From Candidatus Babeliales bacterium (GTDB lineage Bacteria; Babelota; Babeliae; Babelales; JANWKD01): a stretch of 64,000 nucleotides of DNA. The notes under the pieces were generated by a model that was not told the origin of the DNA, did not search any database, and saw only the letters and a list, made by a program, of their open reading frames with translations. The stretch is taken from assembly GCA_963762115.1 (NCBI GenBank), contig CAVXJH010000005.1:1-64000 (forward strand). Direction: 5' to 3'. Positions 9,271 through 18,397 of this stretch are shown piece by piece; positions within the stretch are counted from its first letter, which is position 1; every line of letters starts with the position of its first letter. Made by a program: the position numbers and the translations under genes.

Positions 9271-10269
9271 TTATTCTGTAGCAGTAAGTCTTTTTTGTAA
9301 AAAGTCATGGCAGAAAGTAGCAGCTAAATAAATTGGCGTTTTTCCGGATTTGTTTTTTGCCAGCAAATGCTTTGGAGTAACATGACAAATAAGTTCAGCT
9401 AAATCGGCATTGCCTTCAAGAATAGCTTTATGAAGTGGTGTATTTCCTTGTGCATCTCTAACTTCAAAAGCCATACATTGACTCAGCGCTTTCACTTCTT
9501 CGTAATCGCCTAATTTTATAGCATTGAATAATGCATTCCTGAATCTTGAACCATATTTAATTGCTTCACTATTTAAAATATCGATTTGATTTTGTTGCCT
9601 TGCTAAATCGAGTGGGCACTTACCTCGATTATTAAGTATTTTGCAATCAGCTCCACAATTAATCAATAATTGAGCAACGTTTTTATGTCCAAAAAGGCAT
9701 GCATAATGCAATGCAGTTGAACCACTCATATCTTGGATATTTATATCAATATGATTAACAAGTAAGCCTATTGTTTTACAATTTCCCCTACCTATAGCGT
9801 AAAATAATGCAGTTTTTCCATTTGAATCTTGAGCATTACTATTAACCTGCTTTTTATTGAGAAGCCATTTTAAAGCTTTATAGTTGTTACACCCAGCAGC
9901 CACCATTAAAGGTATAATATTTATTGCCAACCTTCCGCCGCCACGAGCATATTTTTGATGCATAGAAATGTTTAAGTTAGCATTATCATTATTAATGATT
10001 GATTTAACTATTTTATTATTACCATTATATATTGCACAATGTAAAGATGCACCCAATGCCTGCATTTTTGAAAATTGAGGTTCTTCCAAATGTGTTCTTG
10101 CATTGATATATTTTTTATCTTTTATTAATAATTGTTGGAATTTTTCAATGTTTCCTTCTCCAGCAGCCCTTACTAATGCTTTAGCATTTTCTTCTTTTTC
10201 TTCCATAGCATTTGTCGTTAGGCCTATAAATAAACTTGCAAACAATGCTATTTTAATGAATTTTGACAT
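9271..10269 (-). CDS. Ankyrin-repeat protein with signal peptide
   Basis: GKTALFYA, GSTALHYA, GNTPLHKA, GKTPIYLA. Confidence 0.9.
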   Translation of the reverse strand: MSKFIKIALFASLFIGLTTNAMEEKEENAKALVRAAGEGNIEKFQQLLIKDKKYINARTHLEEPQFSKMQALGASLHCAIYNGNNKIVKSIINNDNANLNISMHQKYARGGGRLAINIIPLMVAAGCNNYKALKWLLNKKQVNSNAQDSNGKTALFYAIGRGNCKTIGLLVNHIDINIQDMSGSTALHYACLFGHKNVAQLLINCGADCKILNNRGKCPLDLARQQNQIDILNSEAIKYGSRFRNALFNAIKLGDYEEVKALSQCMAFEVRDAQGNTPLHKAILEGNADLAELICHVTPKHLLAKNKSGKTPIYLAATFCHDFLQKRLTATE

Positions 10270-10498
10270 ATATTCCTTTTTGTAGAATTTTTTAAATGAA
10301 AATATAATAATATTATTAAAATAACACTTTTATATTTAATTTCCAAATGAAATCTTTATTGTATGCGAAGGCAAAAAACAACGAAGCTTCGATACAGGAG
10401 CACTATAACCCACGTAAGCCTACTCCAGAAATAATACTTTTATGCTACAATGCTATGGTCAAAAATTACATAATCACCATAAGCATTGAGTATTCACT

Positions 10499-10618
10499 AT
10501 GAAAGCCATTGTCATCGCTCGTGTCAGCACAGAAGAACAAAAAGAAGCGGGTTTGTTATTGCCAGCACAAGTCATGCGCCCTAGAGGAAATTGTCCAACA
10601 GCTGCTGCACAATTATAA
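10499..10618 (+). pseudogene. N-terminal remnant of a serine recombinase
   Basis: Own translation: MKAIVIARVSTEEQKEAGLLLPAQ (catalytic RVST motif), truncated at the palindrome 10589-10614. Confidence 0.75.
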
Positions 10619-10876
10619 ATTACATGATTGTGGATTAAGGAATCGTTTTTTTACAAATGCTCTTCCGGAACCAGATTTTAAATATTTTTCGAATTCAATA
10701 GCGCATTCTTTATCTTTAAATCCTAAAAATACGACGAACTCCCATGGTTTATATTTTGATGTATGTGGTGAAGTGCCTGAATTATGGTTTGAAAGTCTTT
10801 TTTGTAGATCTTCAGTGCAACCAATATATATTTGATCGGGATAATTTATAGCTTGAATGATATAAACGAAATGCAT
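10613..10876 (-). CDS. Small GIY-YIG nuclease
   Basis: FVYII...YIGCTEDLQKRLSNHNSG...FEKYLKSGSGRAF; start reassigned to ATG 10876. Confidence 0.9.
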   Translation of the reverse strand: MHFVYIIQAINYPDQIYIGCTEDLQKRLSNHNSGTSPHTSKYKPWEFVVFLGFKDKECAIEFEKYLKSGSGRAFVKKRFLNPQSCNL

Positions 10877-10900
10877 TTGAAGTGTCCAAGTATTAAAAGA

Positions 10901-11038
10901 TGGCCTGCCAGTCCAGCCTTCGTGTCTCGCTAATGCTCGCTTACTTCGGCGGACAGCTTTCGCTTTCAATTTTCTTTTGTTTATTTATATAGATCATTAA
11001 AAAAACTGGCATGCCAGCTGAAGCTTTAGCGAAAGCTG
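10901..11038. repeat. REP-like GC-rich motifs between the GIY-YIG gene and the tRNA
   Basis: CTTCGGCGGACAGC and TGGCATGCCAGCTGAAGCTTTAGCGAAAGCTGG; related to 4654-4690, 15724-15757 and 37189-37204/38414-38470. Confidence 0.6.
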
Positions 11039-11113
11039 GTGTGCCCGATAGGATTCGAACCTATGACCTACGGATTAGAAATCCGTTGCTCTATCCAGCT
11101 GAGCTACGGGCAC
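11037..11113 (-). tRNA. tRNA-Arg(UCU)
   Basis: GTGCCCG acceptor stem, anticodon arm ACGGA-tt-TCT-aa-TCCGT, GGTTCGAATCC T-loop, encoded CCA. Confidence 0.97.
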
Positions 11114-11222
11114 AAATAGTAGATGTGAGATAATTAGTATAGTTAATAAATAGTAAAATCTCAATTTTTTTAAAGAAAGAACATAGCTTGCATAAACATC
11201 ACAAAAAAACTACTCAACACAT

Positions 11223-11579
11223 TTAATCTTTTTTTATTTTTTTACAGCATTGAAAACCACAATGCGCTATTTTTCCCAAACCCATACCTATTACAGCGCA
11301 TGCCGTCGACTGCTCAAAAAGATTTGTTGCAGCAATAGATGGTAAATCTGCTCCTTCAAGATAACTCCCACTAGAAACTGCAGCCCAAAACCCTAATCCA
11401 CCACAAACCATACCAGAAACCATAAGACAAGCGGCTTCACAAGAAATATCATCTTCTTTTTTATTATTTTTATTCATTGTTATAGATTGTTTTTTTCGAT
11501 TTTTGTTCATAGCACAAAGATCTTGTGATGTGACAGAAAATATTAGTAAAGACCATGCAACAAGAAAATGACGAATCAT
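11223..11579 (-). CDS. Hypothetical secreted/membrane Cys-rich protein
   Basis: Start reassigned to MIRHFL (AGGAG upstream); paralogous 3' fragment at ~17950-18060. Confidence 0.6.
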   Translation of the reverse strand: MIRHFLVAWSLLIFSVTSQDLCAMNKNRKKQSITMNKNNKKEDDISCEAACLMVSGMVCGGLGFWAAVSSGSYLEGADLPSIAATNLFEQSTACAVIGMGLGKIAHCGFQCCKKIKKD

Positions 11580-11693
11580 GTGACTCCTTTTATTGATTAT
11601 TTTATTAATTTTTTTGATTATATAGATCAGAAGGAATTTGAGCAAACATGTTTATTTTCTGAACCAATTAAAACAATTTTAGGAGAACTTTCA

Positions 11694-12509
11694 ATGCACA
11701 TAAAAATCCAAATATTTATAATTCATTTGTTGTTTTTGGGATCATTAAAAGCCGAAATTCAACCCGAATCATATAGCGAAAGCAATGTTAGGCAATGTAA
11801 ATTTGCAAAACAAGAACTTAGTAAATTAAATTTTTCAGGCAAAGAAAAGATTTTAGATATTGGATCTGGTGATGGTCAAATATCATGCTATATAGCAAAA
11901 AAATTTATTCCAAACGGACAGCTTGTTGGTATTGATAACAGTGCAGAAATGATCGCCTTTGCTTCTTCACGCAAAACAAGTCCTAATGTTTCTTATATTT
12001 GCGCAAATGCTCTGGATTATAGAGCTTTCGAAAAATACAATGCTATTGTTTCATTTTCTACATTGCATTGGATTGAGCCGTATTCAAAAGTTTTGGAAAA
12101 TATTGCTCACTCATTAAAGCCTGGAGGCTATGCTCTTCTTTGTCACGGTATTGAAACGCCACCTTTTCCACCGATAGTACAGAGATTACTTACCACGCAA
12201 AAATGGCACGCATATCAAAATAATGCCGAAGTTCTTAAATATCCATCTTTAATCGAGGTTGCTTCTGCTATTAAAAAATCAGGACTATCTATTGAAAATT
12301 TAGAATTAAAAAAATATGAAAATTGGATATTGCCTGATGTTCTCATTAAAAATTGGCTTTCGTTGCCTCTGTTTGATTTTATCCCGGTTAATTTACGTGA
12401 AGAATTTTGCAAAGAGGTTTTGGAAGAATTTATAAAACAATATCCGCTTAATGATAAAAATGAATTGTTTCATTGGAGCCCGGTTATTGTGATTGTTCTT
12501 AAAAAATAA
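11694..12509 (+). CDS. Class I SAM methyltransferase (trans-aconitate methyltransferase-like)
   Basis: ILDIGSGDG, GIDNSAEMI, SFSTLHW, LKPGG; AGGAG before ATG 11694. Confidence 0.85.
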   Translation: MHIKIQIFIIHLLFLGSLKAEIQPESYSESNVRQCKFAKQELSKLNFSGKEKILDIGSGDGQISCYIAKKFIPNGQLVGIDNSAEMIAFASSRKTSPNVSYICANALDYRAFEKYNAIVSFSTLHWIEPYSKVLENIAHSLKPGGYALLCHGIETPPFPPIVQRLLTTQKWHAYQNNAEVLKYPSLIEVASAIKKSGLSIENLELKKYENWILPDVLIKNWLSLPLFDFIPVNLREEFCKEVLEEFIKQYPLNDKNELFHWSPVIVIVLKK

Positions 12510-13558
12510 TCCATTCGTTGTCTTTAAATATGTGTTAACAGATTGCTCTCAAGTATTTCTTTGGAACAAATTAATTAGCAATTAAGCCCTATATATATTT
12601 CGGAGATTCGAAAGGTCATGAGGCTGGATACAAGCCAATTTTGTGGGGTGAGATACAAATTCTGCGTTCTGTTAAGCAAGAACATGATTGTTCCTTTGAT
12701 GAAGAGTGTGCTTCTGGTTACCACAAAAAAGATATGTATTCTATTTGGAAATAATTGAAAGCGAATTTAAATATAATGTCGATTATAAGTTTCTAAAAAA
12801 AGACTAGAATTATCTAAATAATCTTACATGTAGCATACTTTTAAGCAGTAATTGTTATCTTTCGCTCTTTTAAAAAAAATTCACAGAGGGCTAAATTGAT
12901 ATTTTTACATAACAATTGTAAACTAATGACAATTAAGATGATTCTACTAAGGAGCCTATGTTTATGAAATTAAAAAATCTAAAAATATTTTTATTTTCTA
13001 TTTGTTATTTTGGATCTGTGTGCCCAGCTTTTTATAGAGGAGTTGTATATGAACGCTTTAATGAAGACACCAAAACTAAACAATATGTAGTTTTATTAAG
13101 TGATATCCATTTTCAAACAAAAGCTTTAAATTTATCTCACATTAAAAGTATGGATAAACTACTCAGAACTTTTAGAGAAAATGGTACACAAAAAGAAATA
13201 CTTTTTATGGCAGAAGATCTCGCTTCATATGAAGGTGATAATCAATTTATTCGAGATGCTAATAATAAAAGAAGTGTTTATTATTTATCTGAAGAAAATC
13301 TTAGTGATATAGATGGCGTTAACCCCTTAGCCTCTTTGGTAAGAGCTGCAAAAGAAGATAAATTTGATGTAATAAATCTTGAGCATCGTTTTTTGCGTAG
13401 TAGCATTGTTCCTTTTACAGCAGAGCAATTACAGGGCAGATGGCCTAATTCTGATGAAAATATTTATAAAGGTGGTTTCACAACACAAGCAGTGACTAAA
13501 GAATCATCTGATACTATGCAGCGATTTACTGAAGATTCTAATAGGCGAAAAGAAAAAT

Positions 13559-14120
13559 TAAACAACACACGGCTTAAAAGCCGTGGATTTAGAAGCGCGA
13601 GATGAAAGCTTTTTATTGATTTCTAACATAATTGAGAATTGTCTCTTCTGAACATTGTCCAAATGTTTCAGAGAAATATCCATCTGCCCAAAAATCGTTA
13701 CCCCACAAAAATTTCTTTATTTCAGGTAATTCAGCTCTGAGCATTTTACTTGAAATTCCCTTGAGTAATTGAACGGCCTTGCTCACACTCACACTTGGTG
13801 GTAATTGTATTACAAGATGCACATGGTCTATCTGAATATTTAGTTCTTGAATTTCCCATGCATTAATTTCCGCACATTCTCGCAAAAGTTCTTCTAGCCT
13901 GCTCTTAACTTTGCCTTCTAATACTTTTTTTCTATATTTAGGTAACCAAACTATATGATACATATGCCAATGAGTTGTATGCGCTCCGTGCCAATATTTC
14001 TTTGTCATGTCAATTAGTATGACAAAACTAACCTCACTTCGCAAAAATTTACATTTTTGCTTCGCTCGCGCATTTGATGACATTCATCCCCAGGTTTAAA
14101 ACCCTGGGGTTTTCTGTCAT
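13559..14120 (-). mobile_element. IS200/IS605-family element, tnpA only, 562 bp
   Basis: Subterminal hairpins CCCCAGG-gttttaaa-CCTGGGG and CACGGCTT-tt-AAGCCGTG; inserted 3' of TCAT; no target duplication. Confidence 0.85.
13613..14008 (-). CDS. tnpA: Y1 HUH transposase TnpA
   Basis: YHIVWLPKYRK, DHVHL (HUH), FWADGYF, YVRNQ. Confidence 0.95.
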   Translation of the reverse strand: MTKKYWHGAHTTHWHMYHIVWLPKYRKKVLEGKVKSRLEELLRECAEINAWEIQELNIQIDHVHLVIQLPPSVSVSKAVQLLKGISSKMLRAELPEIKKFLWGNDFWADGYFSETFGQCSEETILNYVRNQ

Positions 14121-14884
14121 ATGAAATAAAAACAATTTTTAATAATTCCTCACAATTAGCCAAAGATTTAAAAATAACTGAAGAGCGATGGGAATCGTTC
14201 AAAAAAAATTATGGTGATAGAATTAAGGAAAAACAAGAATTACTTAAAAATTATGATGGCACCTTACATCAATTTCTTAATGAAAAAGTTACATTAGAAA
14301 AAAGAGATGAATTTTTAGGTTCATTTTTAATTACCGATGAAGATCTTCTTGTAATAAAAGCTTTGGATGGTGTTGCCAATAACCCCAATAAGAAAAAGAT
14401 AATTATTGCTGCTGGTGGGTTACACATTAGAGATCTCGAACCCCTTCTTGAAAAAATGGGATTTGAGCAAATTATACAAGAGGGAAAAGAGTTAAGTGGA
14501 TGCATGAAAGATAATGTTGATAAAGTTAAAGCTAAATTCAATCAAAATCATTCTAACTACCAAGCAAGAATGCTCAATGCAAAAACTGTTGCAGATATGC
14601 GCAGTATATTAGGCGAAGATGTATCTTTAGTATCTGATAAATTTTTTGCTTATGTTGCTTTTCTTGGAAAAAAATAAAAAATAATTTTTTTGTCTTTGGA
14701 TATCTCTTAACATAAACCTTTAGCCTCCGACATATTAGAATAAAATCTGCCGGAGGATTTTTTTAGTATTCTTCTAATACAATATTAAATGATCAAAGCA
14801 TTAGTCTTCGCTACGAGCTTTCGACTTCGCTTAAGCTTATTCGGAGAGATCGCCCAACACGGCCGTCTGGATGTGCTGTAATAA

Positions 14885-15598
14885 TTATTTGCTTATAATT
14901 AAATCGAAAATTTTTTTAGCAATTTCTTTATGTTTAAAAGGTTTGTCAGAAAGGTATTTTAATATTTGATGCGAACAATTTTCGATAATTAATAATTCTC
15001 TTTTTTTTGCGTCCTTCGCACTATCATAAAGTTTTTGAACTATAGCTGGTGGAATTATTTCATCATTTGCAGCTGATATTATCAACAAATTTCCTTTAAA
15101 ATTTTGTAAAATATCCCAAGCATCAGAATCTAACCAACTATTTGGCATTCTAATAATTTCTGAAAAACCTTGATTAAATGGGATAGTATAAGCTTTTGTA
15201 TTGTAAATAGCTGGAACAAATAATATTAAATTTTCAATAGGATGTTTTTTAAGAAGTTTGATAGCAATATAAGCACTCATGCTAGAAGCTACAATTGACA
15301 GTGACGGAGATAAGTTTAGCACTTTTATTATATCACTGGCTTGATTAAATCTTTGTTGAAGACTTGATTCTTCTAAAGAGCCACCAGTTTTGCCATGTCC
15401 AATAAAATCAAATGACACAGATGAAATGCCTAACTCAATCAAATCTTTGCGAATAAGGGTAAATCGGTCTTGGTTTGATTGCCCTGCACCATGTAAAAAT
15501 AAAAGTTTGGGGATTTGATCACTACAAGTTGTTGTTCCATGAAGTAGATGATCTTCAAAATTAATTGTAAAAGGTTTTAATAAAAATTCTTTTAACAT
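14885..15598 (-). CDS. Alpha/beta hydrolase
   Basis: FLHGAG, FDFIGHG, ASSMS nucleophile elbow, NDEII, H near C-terminus. Confidence 0.85.
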   Translation of the reverse strand: MLKEFLLKPFTINFEDHLLHGTTTCSDQIPKLLFLHGAGQSNQDRFTLIRKDLIELGISSVSFDFIGHGKTGGSLEESSLQQRFNQASDIIKVLNLSPSLSIVASSMSAYIAIKLLKKHPIENLILFVPAIYNTKAYTIPFNQGFSEIIRMPNSWLDSDAWDILQNFKGNLLIISAANDEIIPPAIVQKLYDSAKDAKKRELLIIENCSHQILKYLSDKPFKHKEIAKKIFDLIISK

Positions 15599-15693
15599 TT
15601 TTTTCTTTCACGATTTATGCAACATAAATCTAACTTCTCTTAGTTATTTTGTCGAGATTACTGCACATGTAATCTGTTCTCATTAGATGTGCA

Positions 15694-15757
15694 GTTCTGA
15701 ATGTATCGACTATTTGACAACACACCTACGCCCTAGAACTTCGGCAAGCTGCCAGCT
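15694..15757 (-). other. Inverted att-like junction homologous to 4654-4717
   Basis: Minus strand: REP-like motif then TGT CAA ATA GTC GAT ACA TTC AGA ACT (CQIVDTFRT), versus CHIVDACRN at 4691. Confidence 0.5.
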
Positions 15758-15780
15758 ATGGAAATTATAATTATAATTTT

Positions 15781-16290
15781 TCAAGAAAAAAGTTTTTTAA
15801 GGCGATCGACATCAAGTATATTTGATTGAATTTCAAAAAAATATGGTACTTGCCAAGCTTGAGTTTTTTTTGCTTGTGGATTATTAGCTATATCCCAAGG
15901 AGGATAAACTCTCATTGCTCGTTTTCCACCAGCTTTATTTTGTGACAGGATGCCATGCATTAATAATATTGATTTAGGAAAAACAAATTGCCCAAGTCGA
16001 TCTCCATAACGAACATTAACAATTAGAATATCGAATTGATCTTCGACATCATATGGAAGTATAGGCCCTGATCCAATTCGTTTCCAAAAAGTAACAAACT
16101 GCCCAATCTTAGTTGGTGTAATTTTTGATACTCTAAATTTAACAATATGATTATTTAATAAAAATTCACATGCTCCATATTCTTGGCTTTCTTTTTCTAT
16201 AACTAATTTCGTATATGACAATCCAATTGCATTATAGGCATACTTTTGAGCAATGGTAAGATCGGGATGAACAATATCTAAGGTTTTCAT
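15781..16290 (-). CDS. MepB family protein
   Basis: FRVSKITPTKIGQFVTFWKR, GQFVFPK, GKRAMRVYPPWD, KTQAWQ. Confidence 0.9.
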   Translation of the reverse strand: MKTLDIVHPDLTIAQKYAYNAIGLSYTKLVIEKESQEYGACEFLLNNHIVKFRVSKITPTKIGQFVTFWKRIGSGPILPYDVEDQFDILIVNVRYGDRLGQFVFPKSILLMHGILSQNKAGGKRAMRVYPPWDIANNPQAKKTQAWQVPYFFEIQSNILDVDRLKKLFS

Positions 16291-16715
16291 TATTTTCTTT
16301 CAAGATACAAAACATTTTCTAAAAAATTCTTGAGAATGTTTTTGTGAGGATCAAATAGTGCTTCTGGCAAATTTGTAAGCTCAAAAAATTTCCATTCATA
16401 ACAAAGTTCAGGTTCCATATTTTTGATTTCACCTAAAAATTTTTCAAGTAAAAAAGATATATGAATATAATGACCACGTTCATCAATACAATCAACAACA
16501 CTGATCAATGTAAATTCAATAGCTTTTATGCCCATTTCTTCCATTAATTCTCTTTTAACACATTCACTTATTGATTCACCATATTCCAAATGCCCGCCTG
16601 GCAAGCCCCACATTCCTTCACCATAACAATTCTTTCTTTTTCCTAATAAAATGCCGCCATCTTTGATTAGAAAAATTTCACAGCCGACTTTAATGCTTTT
16701 ATTGTTTATATTCAT
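16290..16715 (-). CDS. NUDIX hydrolase
   Basis: WGLPGGHLEYGESISECVKRELMEEMG Nudix box. Confidence 0.92.
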   Translation of the reverse strand: MNINNKSIKVGCEIFLIKDGGILLGKRKNCYGEGMWGLPGGHLEYGESISECVKRELMEEMGIKAIEFTLISVVDCIDERGHYIHISFLLEKFLGEIKNMEPELCYEWKFFELTNLPEALFDPHKNILKNFLENVLYLERK

Positions 16716-16895
16716 ATTTTATTTATTTCCTTTTGTTCATTAATAAGAAAAGCATTTTACACAAAAAATATGATAATTTTTGTTAATACATTTTTTGAAT
16801 GCTTCGGATCACTGACAATATCTACAAAAGCCTTTTGTTATCTATTAAAAAATAAGATAAACTAACAATATAAACAATTGTAAGCTCGTAAATAA

Positions 16896-17948
16896 ATGGA
16901 GTCAAATGTGTTCTATTTGAAATATTTTAACTCAAAAATAATACTTATTTTTAGTGTTGTTCTCTTAACTGCTTTTAATACTTTTACCACTCAGGATTTT
17001 ACCACGGTCACTAATGAACAGGTATTACATTTTCTTAAACAGTGGCCTGAATGCACCGTAAATAAAAACACAAAAAGAGCATGCAATAAGGAAATAACAG
17101 ATTTAAAAAGCACCTCTTTGAGAAAAAGACGTAACTTCTTTCAAATCGTTAACTCATACCAAGATGTAGCTATACTAGCAGGAAAAACACCTGAAGAAGC
17201 TCAGAAAAAGACAGAAAAAGATTTCACCACTTTTTTCAAAACAGAATTTAGCGCTGATGTTCCTGGAGAAGTCGATCCCCAAAAATATCCAGAATTAGTT
17301 AAATTTATTAGAAAATATGGGTTTCCTCGTATCTATTGCAAAGAAGCAGAAAAATATAAAGAAAGCATCGAATACAGAAATTATGGCGTTGCTAAAGATT
17401 TCCCAAGCTTCTTTTTGAAAAATACTGATATTGATCGAATCATCAATGCTGAACGCATGAGAAGATGCATTGAAATACATAACCTTGATCAACTTGATGT
17501 GCCGCAAAAATATTTGGGTAAGGTTGGTAATACTTGGAGGGTTTTTGCAGAAAATATTAATTCTCCTAGAGGCAAGATTATTTCACTAAAAGAAACACAA
17601 CAATTAGCCAAAGTCGCTGAAGAAACTGGATTTAGTGATTGGAGAACGAATTGGAACTATGATGACAATAACAAATTTGTTTGCATCGACACTGAAAATT
17701 CATCATTTTATTGTTGGAGAGATTGTAAACTTGACTCATTGATCACTTTATGGAGGCATTTTCATACGCATATGGAAAAGGAAGCTCAAGGATGGTTAGT
17801 AAGAAGAATTGAAGAATTAGAAAATTCTCCTGAAGGAAAAGCTCAAATTACATCACTGAACATTAATACAAAATATGACGATCCTGACATTGATTTTGAA
17901 AAAGTTAAAGAAGAATTTGCAGAATTAAAACGATCAAAAAACATTTAA
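16896..17948 (+). CDS. Secreted protein, paralog of 4935-5996
   Basis: Shared blocks LKQWPEC, NFFQI.NSYQDVAI, YPELVKFIRKYG, RIINAERMRRCI, KYDDP.IDFE. Confidence 0.75.
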   Translation: MESNVFYLKYFNSKIILIFSVVLLTAFNTFTTQDFTTVTNEQVLHFLKQWPECTVNKNTKRACNKEITDLKSTSLRKRRNFFQIVNSYQDVAILAGKTPEEAQKKTEKDFTTFFKTEFSADVPGEVDPQKYPELVKFIRKYGFPRIYCKEAEKYKESIEYRNYGVAKDFPSFFLKNTDIDRIINAERMRRCIEIHNLDQLDVPQKYLGKVGNTWRVFAENINSPRGKIISLKETQQLAKVAEETGFSDWRTNWNYDDNNKFVCIDTENSSFYCWRDCKLDSLITLWRHFHTHMEKEAQGWLVRRIEELENSPEGKAQITSLNINTKYDDPDIDFEKVKEEFAELKRSKNI

Positions 17949-17949
17949 T

Positions 17950-18060
17950 CATTCTTCATTTTTTTACAGCGTTGAAGATTGCTCTGTACAATTTTTCCCA
18001 AAGTCATATACCTGTGATTGCACATGCTGCTGACTGTTGCCAAAAGATTTGTTGCTGCCA
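17950..18060 (-). pseudogene. 3' fragment paralogous to 11223-11579
   Basis: DNA similar to ~11240-11335 (TTTACAGC.TTGAA...TTTTCCCAAA...AAAGATTTGTTGC.GC). Confidence 0.5.
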
Positions 18061-18109
18061 GGCGAATTTTTTTTACTCAGCTGTTTATTACATCTCAAAT
18101 TCAACTATC

Positions 18110-18290
18110 TTGATCTTGACAATCAAGTAATTTTAAGTTTCCTTATTAAATAAGATATTACTAAATGACAGGATTAAATCAGAAGACAAATACATGAAAA
18201 GAACAGTGTATTATTTTTTTATAATAAATATTTTTATCTCATGTTTGACTATAGATGCAATTGAACTAAAAGAAATTCAAACCGAACTCA
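18110..18290 (+). repeat. 181-bp direct repeat of 20608-20788 (promoter region plus first 32 codons of 20692-21117)
   Basis: Near-identical sequence including TTGACA and ATGAAAAGAACAGTG...ACCGAACTCA. Confidence 0.95.
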
Positions 18291-18291
18291 A

Positions 18292-18387
18292 TTAGGAAGA
18301 TGGATAATGACGCAACGAAAAACATATAAAAGTGGAAAGCTATCTAAAAAACGCATTGAAAAATTAAATGAAAGAAATTTTTTATAA
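18292..18387 (+). pseudogene. Helicase-associated (HA) domain fragment
   Basis: Own translation: LGRWIMTQRKTYKSGKLSKKRIEKLNERNF fits the HA repeat pattern LGxWxxxQR..Y..G.L...RI..L...GF. Confidence 0.65.
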
Positions 18388-18397
18388 GGCTTAAAAC

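Larger units (their letters stand above)
7273..10614. repeat. Six 26-bp CAGCTG-centred palindromes at 7273-7298, 7487-7512, 7540-7565, 8750-8775, 9223-9248, 10589-10614
   Basis: e.g. AATTGGGCAGCAGCTGCTGCCCAATT, AATTGTCCCACAGCTGTGGGACAATT, ATTAGTGCAGCAGCTGCTGCACTAAT. Confidence 0.9.
4689..11040. mobile_element. Degenerate integrative island at the 3' end of tRNA-Arg
   Basis: Bounded by the recombinase-tail junction and the tRNA; recombinase N-terminal remnant at 10499 points toward the tRNA; cargo of HDAC, ankyrin, DUF1016 and antitoxin remnants. Confidence 0.5.
12958..14677 (+). pseudogene. Secreted hypothetical protein (385 aa when reconstructed) interrupted by an IS200-type element
   Basis: Joining 13558 to 14121 gives a continuous frame ...KEK-Y-EIKT...; motifs LSDIH and AAGGLH. 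Confidence 0.8.

Noticed and set aside
10509..10835. 108-aa ORF on the + strand
   Set aside because: Out of frame with the recombinase remnant and antisense to the GIY-YIG gene
10877..10969. N-terminal extension of the GIY-YIG ORF
   Set aside because: It translates the REP-like repeat; the domain starts at MHFVYII
12580..12760. Short open stretch (YIFGDSKGHEAGYKPILWG...)
   Set aside because: No start or RBS and no recognisable family; perhaps a gene relic
14363..14677. Independent 104-aa gene
   Set aside because: It is the C-terminal part of the IS-interrupted gene starting at 12958
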